NCBI GenBank assembly: GCA_015680685.1
Contig: MNCI01000456.1
Span: forward strand, 433,325 to 497,324
Reading direction: 5' to 3'
DNA length: 64,000 bases
Source of the DNA: Gnetum montanum
Lineage: Eukaryota > Plantae > Gnetophyta
Part shown: piece by piece, positions 13,413 through 24,970 of the stretch
Position numbering within the stretch: position 1 is the stretch's first letter
Layout of the letters: each line of letters begins with the position of its first letter
Made by a program: the position numbers and the translations under genes
The notes under the pieces: generated by a model
Seen by the model: the letters and a program-made list of their open reading frames with translations, nothing else
Database searches by the model: none
Told to the model about the DNA's origin: nothing

Positions 13413-16400
13413 GATCACGCTAAAGCCCGTCCTGATCATTCTGGACATTGAGGGCGTTCTATGCTATCGAAATGTCCCTGTGGCCAATGTTCCTCCTCCC
13501 CATGCTCGTGTAGTGGGAGAGACGGTTTGGTTCCGAACGAGCGCATGGGAGTTCCTGCAATTTTTGTTGCGTAACTTTAGTGTAATTTTTTGGTCGCATC
13601 TGTTAGCCAAGACGGCTATCACCATTCTGGAAACGCTGCTGGTTGGGTCAACACAGAGCATCTTAACGTTTCTAGTGGATGGGTCAATCGAGGTTGTAGG
13701 TGAGAGGGATCGTGAACAACGCGTTAAGGGTTTGAGGTGCTTATCCTAGATATAGGAAATGCCTAGGTTTAATTGTTATCATGCCTACAACATGTTGTTC
13801 GTTGCTCATCATCTCATCACCTATTTTCAGAACCTACCTGGCACCATGTATTATGCCGGTGGGTAAGTGCTAACAAGGTGCTATGATTTGTTAATTGCTA
13901 TCTAATTTTGTGTTAGATGTAAACAGTTTTCTGTATTTTGTGACATAGGTTCTTTATTAATGAGGATGGTCTCCAAGGTGATATGAACGTGTTATCCATG
14001 ATCCAAATAACCATAAAGGAATTTACTTCCATCAGCAACATGCGTGTTGGTGTCCTGGGACAACTAGGATTTGAAATCCAACACTAGCCTATCTGGTATG
14101 CCAAATTCCTTTTCAAGTGTAGAGACTCTAGATAGCTAGATAGGGAGTGGACTTTGGACCATCCCATCACCGTTGAAGACGTGCAAGTGAACCTCCCACC
14201 ATTTCCTTTGCCTTTTAGACACAGTAAGTTACACTACGCTGATCAACTATGTGACCCTACAAGATGAAAACAGTGTTTAAGATTTTATGGTTTTGTTGTT
14301 TTATCTAACCTGTTTTTTGTATTTTTATGTTTATAGTTAAACAATCACGAGAGGTTACGGTGATAGCCTTTGGGCGTGACGTAGCCACCATCTTCTTTTA
14401 CTATGGTGATATAAATGAGGCACAACGTTGGCTTTGCCACGAAGCAGCCCCAACTGCCATAACCAATAACCTCTGAGAAGCTAGACTAATAAAGCTATTT
14501 CTAGCTATAACCCCTGATGTCCCAGTAGCCAAAATGTTGGCCCTAGTTGACTCCTTAAGCGAACAAGCCGAGCATTTTCACACACGCATGCGTAACGTGC
14601 ACGTGAGTTTTGATATTAATGCTTAATTGTTCGCTGACTTTTTTGGCGTTCCTTCTAATGGCCTCCCAGTGAGAGAGAAATCCAAAAAGAGTTCTAAACA
14701 TCAGGAGCACATGGAGGAGTGGCTAGGGGCTAAAAAAGAGCAGAAAGGCATCTACACTGAGAAGATCCAACTAGAGGTGGTTGGCACCATTTACCCCCTC
14801 TTCAATGCTCGTGCCTTCCCCAAGCTACTCTCCCAAGGAAAATTCCTTGGAATAGAGCAGGCTTGGATCATGTGGGAGGTTATGGAATAGGAGACATGAT
14901 ATAATTGGGCCAAGTACCTTGCTAAAGGCTTGCAGGCTGAAATGGTCAAGCTTCGCAAGAAGCTTAAGTCTCGTTTCAATGTGCATTTTACCTTCTTCAT
15001 AGCTTGTTTACGGCATTTTGCTAAATTCCTGGTGGTTCACAAGGATAGAGTCTGAGTGCAGCAGGATCATAACTAGATCTCCAAGCCATGTATTTGCTAA
15101 TTCTTCCGCACCGTCCGATCCCAGGATCCTCCTAAAGCTATTGGGGAATCATTTTCAAAAATGATAAGGGATCGGGTGGTGCGTACTTTCCGTGGCCAAG
15201 ATAGCATGGGTGGAGCATCCCCTTCTAACACTGGTAGTTCATCAAAGGGTAAGCACCTGGCAGCAGAGATAGTAGCCTCATCAGTTCAACGAAAAAAGTG
15301 TCATTCAGCTGTGGATTCTCCCAGCCTGACCAGTGAAGAGGGGAGAAAATTACGCATTAAGTTTCACAGGAGCCATCCTCCAGCTGGTAAGTAGAGTGAT
15401 GTGTGATTAGTTTATGTATATTACGCTATGTATATACATCGTTTTATCATGTAGTGCTCGTGGGAAGTGAGTAAAGGTTTGCTAACTGTGATGCGTTCTA
15501 CAGGAAGAGGGAAATATGTGGAGGGACTGACCCCTGAAACAGGGGTCATAGTCTTGCGGTGTGGGGAAGGGGCCCTAGTTTTGGAAAAGGAGACCCCTGT
15601 TGACAACATGGAAAGTACGCAGGCTCCTATGCCTAAAGGGAAGACTAGCGTAGAAGATGCCACGACCCTTTTGAATGGGCTAGAAAGGGAGCAGTGGTTC
15701 GTCATTGGTGGGTTTGACCGCTTGCTTGACCTTTCCTCGATGGGCAATCCTCCCACTATTACCCCTGACGGTTTGCTAGATAGGAGCTTTGCATTATTGT
15801 AGCGTTTCAAATTTTTCCTTTGTCTATTGTGTTATGTTTAACTCGTTTTTTTTACGTAGTAGGCACTTCTGATAACAGTGGCGCACCTTCGTTAGCAACC
15901 CCTACTCAACATTGGGCTGAGGGCCCTGACAAATTTACCTTCATGGAGGGAATTGTTTACCATATGATCGGTCGCTTGGAGCGAATCGATCCTAAGATCA
16001 ATACGTCACTGTTCTTATGCAGGAATTGTTGAAACTATCACATTATGTCATCCTATCGCGTCTAACTGTCATCTTCATATTACAGCATCTTGTCTCAAAT
16101 GGGATCCCAAAGAGCCTATCGATATAGATGCTACCCCTGAATCCTCACCAAAGGTGATCGAAGTGCCACACTGCGTTTACGATGAGATGTGTAAATGTGT
16201 GTTGCACTTGGCCCGCTCTCTATGGGAGAGTCAGAACATCAACAAAGATCTCTGGAAGAGGTTGCAGAAAGCAAAAAAATAGAAAATCGCCCTAGCTACC
16301 AGGGTGGAGGATCTTGAGTCCAAGAACAAATTTCTGCAAGCTCAGGATACCAATGATGGGAATTAGTGGATGGCTATGATTGACTACACCAACTATTGGA

Positions 16401-16906
16401 CGATCATCAGGAACAATGTCTAAGCCAGCTGTGAGCTCATTGAGCAACAAATGCAAATGGATCTCCTAGCCCAGAAGAACCAAGACTAGAAGAACTACAG
16501 CGTGAGGATCAAGGAAAGGGGGTAGGCATAAAAAAATCATAAACACATGTATAAGTAGGAATCTGTTGCCTACCGCTGACATTACAGAGATTCCGGGATT
16601 GAAGCGTGGTCCATCCAGTTGTTCCTTGATGTCATCGGTGCTTCTAGAGCATATGAAAAGTTCTAGGAATAAGTGACAGTGAGTGTCTCCCTTGAGAGAG
16701 AGATGACCCTCCCTGGTGGGGAGATCACTATCCCTTCCTTTTTCCCTGGGCCACCTTGGTGGACTCTTGTGGGAAAGAGGAAGGTCAAGGCTAGAACTAA
16801 TCTAGGAGATGGCGTTTGGACAAAGCTCACTGAGGATGAGATTATGCAACGCCTGTCAGTAGGCCTGGAACAAATTCCTTTCGCGGTCAACATAGGACCA
16901 TCACAG
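13413..16906 (+). pseudogene. Antisense multi-exon accessory gene of A (FCP1/NIF HAD-like domain plus plant-transposon-protein-like domain), 3'-truncated
   Basis: KPVLIILDIEGVL...WFRTSAWEFLQFLLRNFSVIFWSH...YHAYNMLFV; GTAAGT/GTAAGC donors near 13863, 14225, 15387, 16907; homologous to the equivalent regions in B and C. Confidence 0.75.
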
Positions 16907-16938
16907 GTAAGCTATGCAACTGTTGTATTTTTCTTATA

Positions 16939-18232
16939 CACAGTTATGTCCAGCATGACACTAAACTGCGACAGTTATCCACCAGAGTTCACTAAGACTA
17001 TAAACTAGCTTGCCTCTTCATAGTCTGCCACGACTATAAACTAACACTGCATGGTCTACTACAATGATAAACAAGCAATGTCCATAGGATTATGACATGA
17101 AACTAATCCACAACAATCCGCTAAGACTATAAACTGGTGACTCCATCAACAACCTGGTGTTATTTGAAAAGACACGTTGCTGCACCCTACTGTACGTGCT
17201 CACCAAAAAACCTGTAGCCTGATTTGTCATATAGACCTTGGTGAAAATGATGTTATTCAAGATTTTGTTTACCTTGAAATTCCACATGATATCTCCATTC
17301 CATCGGCTATGTTCAGGTTTAAAGTGCTTTAGCTAACTGGATCATTTGTGGTTTTCTTGTCTTCTTAGAGTTGCGTTTGTAGGATGACATGCTTAAGGCG
17401 TTCGTGCACAGATGCACTTCATCATGACGATAGGGTATCACGTTCTTCCTGATGCTCGCAACTAGGTTAATCAATCCACTCATAAGTACATTCCCAACCC
17501 CTGATACATTCCCTATTCCCCATCATTCCCCCTTATCCTATTCAATGACATCCCTTGGATACATCATATCCTACTCACCTGAATCTCTTGATACACTGTT
17601 GCACACTGTGATTCTCAAAGTAGTTGCAACGCAAAACACAATATACAGTACATGATACAAATGAAAGCACATGAGCATGAGCACAACAAAAAAAAAACAA
17701 AAAGTAAAAAAAAAAGAACAAAAGGTCAAAGAGCAAAATGCCTGGAAAAGGTCTTCATGACCCTGTGGTCATCATGGACTAAAGACCATTGGCTCTTCTC
17801 ATACAAGCCCCAAGCGAGAAGGTAATTATCTTGGGAAAAACACTCATGTCTCAAATGATCATATTGGACATCATCACATGGCTTTAGCTATTTACAACAG
17901 GCTCCCTTAAACAAGACACAAGGGTCTCATTTCTCCAAAGAACACATCTCCTATGCCTTGATTCCAAGTCTCCTATATATTGGTTGTTGACAAGGACCAA
18001 AAAGTTGGCTCGTTCACATGAGAGCACTCCTCTCCCATAGTTAAAACAACGACACCCTTAATAAAATTCTAATTTCCCCATTTACAACCAATCCCCTTGC
18101 ATCTTAAACTACGATGACATCCAGCCAGGGGCTAACGGACAATGCTTGGTACTTGGTTGTTCATGGTGTTTTGTAATTCTTTGTCGATGTCTCTCAGGTG
18201 GATTCCTCCAAACGTAAACAAAGAGGGACCAA
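16939..18232 (+). mobile_element. 3'UTR and PPT remnant of an upstream tandem copy of family B
   Basis: Colinear copy of 34357-35682, ending in PPT aaagagggaccaa directly before the LTR. Confidence 0.88.
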
Positions 18233-20051
18233 TGAGACACAACAAAATTTAAGCCTAACACTTTGAAACAGGAACGACTCAAGTAGCAGAAACTTAACTA
18301 AGGCATGGAACTTACACCCAACTTGCTCAAGCCAGCTTGCTCATGTTGTCAAGCTAGCTTGCCCTCAACGTGACCAACCCTGATAGCTTCCAAAATCATG
18401 TCAAAATAGTCCTAATTTGAATGGGCAAAGCCCCCTCTAGGCCCAATGATGACTACTCCAAGATTCAGCATCTAGAACCCAAGATTTCAAGTTAGAATCG
18501 CACGAATCTTGCTACTCACACTAAGGTCACGCTGCCTAGAGTGAGTATAGTGTGAGTACAGCTTGACCAACTTTCAGAGCCATGAAACCAACTCCAAATA
18601 GTCTGAATCTGAGCATGCAGACTCTCCTCAAGCTTCCCTAATGTTCATTGCAAGTCCTGACCTCTAGAACCTTGAAAATTAAGCTCAAAATCACATGATT
18701 TGTTTACTTAAGCCCAGGTCATGCTGGGGTCACGCTAGAGCATGAGCCCAGTGTGACCAAAAAAATAGGTCAAATCAAGTATTTCCAAGCACAATTTTTA
18801 GCATAAAATCAACCCTCAAGGACAGGTAACAATTCTACTTGTTCACAGGTTCTAGAAAATCAAAATTCGGGCATGAAACATGGCATTTTGGCTAGGTCAC
18901 GCTGATAGCGTGAGCCTAGCGTGACCTATCAGAAGTGGATTAAATCAATATAAGAACAGACTCAAATTTAGCATCCAAGCTACCCTGGAGAGCAGGTAGC
19001 AGTTACACTTCAAAGAACAGGCATTAGAGGTCAAGATTCAGCTCAAAATGTGTCACTTCTAGATGGTCACATTGAGGTCATGCTGGTAGCGTGAGCCTAG
19101 CGTGACCACTAGTCATGACCAAGCAAAAGCACTTCCGATGCATACTGAGGACACACCAGGACCAAATCAACTCATGTTGGGAGCCCTGATGAAGCAGAGA
19201 TGCCTTAAATAGCCACCGAACCACTCAAATCGATGCCCTACAATAATCGATTCAAAGGATCATGAAGTTTCAAGTGAGCAGGAGTTAATCCCTCTTGGAA
19301 TTTATTTTAAATTTTCATTGTAAGCTTCATCATCTGTGAGCTTGTCAAGCTCTTACGCTTCTTCTATGAGCGTAAGCTAGCTTGCGTTATATGATACGAT
19401 GCACTTGGTCTAAAACGTAGTCTACCCATGTACACCAGTCACTTAATTCATTTTTCGCAAATCTCACAGCCATTGACCTCATTCGCAAATCCCACTCCCA
19501 AGCCTAGCAAAATGTATAAATACCTTGTTCATTGACATAAAGAGGGTCGACAAAATTTGGAAAAAAGAAAACCAATAACCCTGAGCCCGAACGCACGTGA
19601 TTCCCAGCGCTTGCAAACACTGCACATTGAAGCTTAACGTTTGACTTGCAATCCAAAATCGTGACTATGTTTTGACCAGTGCACATCTTGTTAATTGATA
19701 CAACACAGTTTCATTTTTCCTTCCATTGTGATGTTCTTGTTCATTTTCTGCATTATCCCGTTTTATTGCACATTTCTACAATACATTCTCTGTACGTTTA
19801 CACGTTGTATTCCTCGTTTACTTTTGATTGCATTACGTTCTTCATTTTACATTTCGCAACGATAACCGCAGTGCAGGCCATAGCGTACGCTCGGGGAAGT
19901 CCTTGGTTGATCTGCATGCAGACCATCCAAGGCACTCTGCCTTCGTTTTTTCAGTTTTCCCTCACGTGAAGGCAAGGTCATCTGTGTCTCTCCAGAGATC
20001 TTTCAGCGTACATTTTCTTCCAGCCTTACGCCGATGATTTCGGATGGTACA
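18233..20051 (+). repeat. 5' LTR of B
   Basis: TGAGACAC...GGTACA; repeat of 35683-37473; TATA tgtataaatacc near 19513. Confidence 0.92.
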
Positions 20052-20056
20052 GAAAT

Positions 20057-20071
20057 TGGCACTAGGAGGGC
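20057..20071 (+). promoter_or_regulatory. Primer-binding site of B (degenerate tRNA-Asn type)
   Basis: tggcactaggagggc compared with the intact TGGCGCTAGAAGGAGGG in C. Confidence 0.7.
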
Positions 20072-20558
20072 CTTTCTGTTTACATTTCGTACACACACTA
20101 TCACTTTCCCCATTATCCAGCGTCTAGCGTCCAACGTCTAGCGTTTACCAGTTGCCCATGGCCTAGCGTCCATATGCTGCCTATTGTTCAGCATCCATAC
20201 ACTGCCTATTGTCCAGCATCCATATGCTACACTCTCTTCAGCGTTCATACGTTGCACCCGCTTCAGTGTTCATACGTTGCACCCTCTTAACTGTTCATAC
20301 GTGACCCTCAGCGTCCACACGCTGTGCTTTGCCTCCGAGCGTTACCATCTTCCCTAGGTGCTGTGTTCTGCCTATAGACATTGTGCCTTGTCTTCAGACA
20401 TTCTGCCTTGTCTTTTGACATTGTGCCCTATCTTCAGATGTTGTGCCTTATCCTCAATGTATACACGCTATGCCTTTGATCCCAGTGTGCACACGCTATA
20501 TTTTTAATCATAGACACATTGTACGCTGTACCTCCCTCATAAAAGTGCACACGCTTCC

Positions 20559-20654
20559 TAGCTTGCTCAAGCTAGCTTGCATACACTACTTAGCTTGCTC
20601 AAGCTAGCTTGCATACACTACTTAGCTTGCTCAAGCTAGCTTGCATACGCTACT
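20559..20654 (+). repeat. 3 x 32-bp tandem repeat in the B leader
   Basis: tagcttgctcaagctagcttgcatacactact at 20559, 20591 and 20623. Confidence 0.95.
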
Positions 20655-23600
20655 TACACAAATTCAGCTAGTCAAGCCAATTACACATATGGAATCTTCT
20701 CAGATTAAAGTAACATTGCCCGTCACTGACCTTAATGCCGAAATCTTAAATCCTATGACCACAACTGAACCCATAGTCACTATTGGAGAGATGAACCCTC
20801 AAGGGCCAACTCATCGATCACTTGGACTACAAGGCAAGGAACCCGCCTATACAATTCTCACCCCGAAACAATACAATTTCATCTACATAAAGATCCAAGC
20901 TAACCTGCCCATTGATTGCAGGGAAATGGAAGCAAAACAACATTATGAACTCATCTATAAGGGAGGCTATAACTTTATCCCTTCATCATATGATGTGATA
21001 TCCCTCTCTGAATCCCACCACGAACTCATATTCCAGCTCCTCATGGCAAGGAATCAAACCTTACGGCAACCCACTATAGAGCCTCAAAATGGAGACGAGA
21101 AAGATGACTTCACAGCTCAATTCAAACATGGAGATTCATACCACACTCTCAGTCCTCATACTTATGCAAACCCATTATTCCACCCTTTCACAGGAGAGAC
21201 TATGTCTCTTCATGCATTTACAAGCACCTGTCTCTCAATAGGAAGCACCTAGCGTTATGCCTATTTTCCCTACGACCAACACCTAATTCACTATGCCCAT
21301 CCCTACTATTCCTCTGATTACCACTTTACCACTTTACCCTCCCTCTCACAAGGACAATCCCAACAACTCTCCTCTAAAGCTAATATGGGAGCAACCTTCT
21401 GACCCCAAATAATTGGGATGCCATCCATGATACCTGCTTCTACATCTACCCATTACATACCACAAGTGCAAATCCAAGGAACGCCCTTCACTACTTCAAT
21501 TCAAGAGGTTCAAGGTATTTTCTCACAACTTGTAATTGGCCAGTGGCCCGCACCTATCATTCAACAACATCAACCAGCTCATTACGGCATATCGCCTGTT
21601 ACAAACCCATCCATGAATGTCCCTCAAGTACAACCTTCAATAACCCTACAGTCATCTTTCCCACAAATCACACAACAATCTAGCTAGCACCATGCGCAAT
21701 CTAACCAACCAGCTAGTCCACCTAGTGGTCAAGAATGGGCAGAGGCTAGAAAAATGATGCAAGCATTAACCGATGAGGTAAAGCACCTCAAAATTGCAAA
21801 CACTAAAGAAGTCAAGGTGATGGATTTTTATTAGGATGATCTGATTAGCTCTTCAGTGCCACCATTGAATCTACCAAAAGAAATTTCATTACCATTGTTG
21901 ACCAAGTATAATGGAGAGGTGACATTCTGATTAGAGTGTCTATTACTTCAGGCCTGGCCTCATGCAATCTTGTGTGTGTTCGCCATGTCCTTAACTGGGA
22001 AGGCTTTGGACTGGTATCAATCCTTACCATGTAACTCCATATCCTCTTTGGAGGATTTGTTATATCAATTCGTTACTTGTTTTAAGTATAACCTGAAGCC
22101 TGAAGCCACACTAGATAGTCTAACCCAAATAAAACAAGCACCATTAGAGCCCGTACAAAAGTTCATCCAAAGATGGAGCGCTGCTCTTAATGAACTTCAC
22201 ATGCCTATCCCAGAAACATATTTGCTTACAATCCTCAAGAGTTCCGTGAATGATTTCGTTAAGTCAAAACTCTATTATCTAAATGCTCGTGCTTTGAGTC
22301 AAGCGTTTGTCCAAATCAAAAACATAGAAGAGGTAGCACAGACAAGTCATAACCCAGCTTACCTAACTTTCAAAAGCCAACATACGAAGAAAGATAAAGA
22401 AAAGTCTAAAATAACAGTTGCAACAGTGGCAGAGGCATTTCAACCCAAAAATGCAAGGCAGAAAGGGAAACAACCTGTCACCCCCACTAGTCACGAAAGA
22501 ACCACTTCTACTCCTACACCTAAACCCTCCTCTGCCCAAACTGCTAACATGAGTCATACTCATACTTTCAAATGAAAAGACCCTACCGAGTACACACCCT
22601 TACCTATGAAGCCTTCACAATTACTGGACCAACTTCTAAAGGCTGGGTTGATTCAACACAAGCAAATGTCTCCTGCAGCATCTCAAAGACATGACTGATA
22701 CTGTCAGTTAGTTAAAAATCCAACGTTGGCAACAGCTGATGAACCCCTTGTTCCAAGAGGTTTTAGGTTAGACAGATTCTGTGAGTATCACCAATGATGT
22801 GGGCATCGAACCAATTACTTCTTTACCCTAAAAAAAGACATACAACGTATGATTGATAGAGGTTAGATAGTCTTTGACGAGGCCAACCCAGTAAGACCTC
22901 AAAATCAGACTATGGGGGTCTACAAAGACCCTCTTAACACCAAAGAGCTGCCCTATGTGATTAACACCATCCATGTAGGAAATGAACAAGACATCCCACG
23001 AAGGCCTTTTGTGATTCGTGTGCTTGCTAAAACCGTATCTACACTAACACCTCCACAAGCTCCTTTTTCCACATATACACCTCCTACGCCACAAAAACCA
23101 TTCATCATCCGAGTACACCCAACGGTTGAAATAGCAAACGTGCCATCACAAACCTGGTCTACTCCATTTGTAATCTGAGTTCCACAACACTTCGATGTAC
23201 AACCCCTAACAATTCCTCCATGACCCTCGTGAGAATGCCTCGCCAATAGACTGACCAGGGAACATTTGGCAAAAGAGCATCATGGTCATGAGTTAGGACT
23301 ACCAAAACCCACACCATTGAATGTTGTCCCTATGGTTCCAGTTACTAATCAGCCTAGCACGAGTTGTCAAAACTAGAACTTGGGAGTGTCCAGCATCCCA
23401 AGCTCAACAGCTACAACTAATAACGCGAAAACTCTCCTGCAAGAGATACAAATGTTGGGTCAAATGGATCAAGTCTCAACAGATAAAAACATTCCAAATA
23501 GTAAAGACTTGGCCAACGTCCTGACCCAAGTTACACAGACCCTAAAGCAAAAGAACACCTCTCTGAGCCTATATGACCTAGTAATGACCTCCTTGGTAAA

Positions 23601-24453
23601 TTGGGAAGCTCTAGTGCGTATGTTGACTTTAATCCCCGTTAGCAAAGACCTTCCCGTAAATGAGCCATCCATTTACACTGTGTTGTCTCCACATTAGGAA
23701 TCGAGAGTCACATCTCTTGGATTTCATGCGAATGACATTAAGCAAGATGAAAAAATGAGGGTGGTCACTAATTCCCCTATGTTTATAATGATACAAGTTG
23801 ACCAATTTAAGATACATAGGGTGCATGTCGATGATGGGGCGGCAACAAATGTAATACCCTTCTCGGTCATCGAACGACTAGGCCATGCAGAGCAAATGTA
23901 GCCAAAGACAACATATTTCTTGAAATCTTTCAGTGGTTCTCGTGTCGTGGTAAAAGGCATGGTTACCTTGGATTTCATAGTAGGGAACTGGTTCCCCACA
24001 TCGGTCGAATTTGTAGTTGTTGATGAGATGCATGGATTCAATATGATTCTGGGACAACCTTGGTTAGCTCAACTAAAATCCGTATCCTCACTGATCCATC
24101 AAGAAATTCACCTATCTTACAATAGTGGTGAGATCGTCATACACAAGGATGCAGCAACATCACTTACTTCCTCACACGTAGGAGTGAACCAAGGGTTAGA
24201 CATTGAACTCTCTGAACCTAAGCAAGACACCACTAGTGAAACCTTAGACATTGGCCAATCTCCAACCTACAACCTTCCTAAAATAGAAGAGGCATTAGAA
24301 GATGTAGACGTAGGAGCCATTCCCACGGATGTCCCTTGGTCAGAACTACCCTTTAACGTATCCAGCGAGGGGGATGGCGAGTACAAAACCATGCCTACAC
24401 ATCCCACCCTTCACAAAAAATTGCAAAAACTAAAGAAACAGATCAACAACTAA
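20641..24453 (+). pseudogene. gag: gag-protease of B
   Basis: FAMSLTGKALDWYQSLP.NSI.S..DL...F (retrotransposon gag); FCEYH..CGH.T knuckle; protease RVHVDDGAATNVI...FNMILGQPWL...SLIHQEI. Confidence 0.88.
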
Positions 24454-24970
24454 GACAAACTACCATGCGTCCAAAATGACGTTAAACTACCAAGCATCCG
24501 CAGTGACGTTAAACTAGCCACGGTCAGAAATGGCTAGTTCTTTTAAAATTTATTGAAACAAATACAGTCTCCTCCCTTTCTTTAACAAAGATACAATAGT
24601 CCATCATGACTCTAAATTGATACGCATGGCCCAAAATGGCTTTAAACTATAGCACAGTACATCGTCAGTTTACCGAAACTTCGCTACGTCATTATCACTT
24701 ACATTTTGCAAGTTACAATTTTCATTTATTTTATTCTTACCAAACATGATTCCATTTTGCATTCACGTTCATAAATAAACTTGAAAAAGCAAAAAAAAAT
24801 ATATAAATACGTGTAATGTGAAGTGTTAACGTGGCAATAGGATGATAACATATTACACCATGATCATGTTACATTTGTCTTCACATATTCCAAAAACAAC
24901 AAAATAAGATGAAAGACAAAAAAGAAAAACTAACAAAGAAATTACAAACTGACAAGACTAACAAGCCAAA

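Noticed and set aside
16906-16910. GGTAA matching B's right flank (37474-37478) as a TSD
   Set aside because: It is not adjacent to an LTR start and coincides with a splice donor of A's accessory gene.
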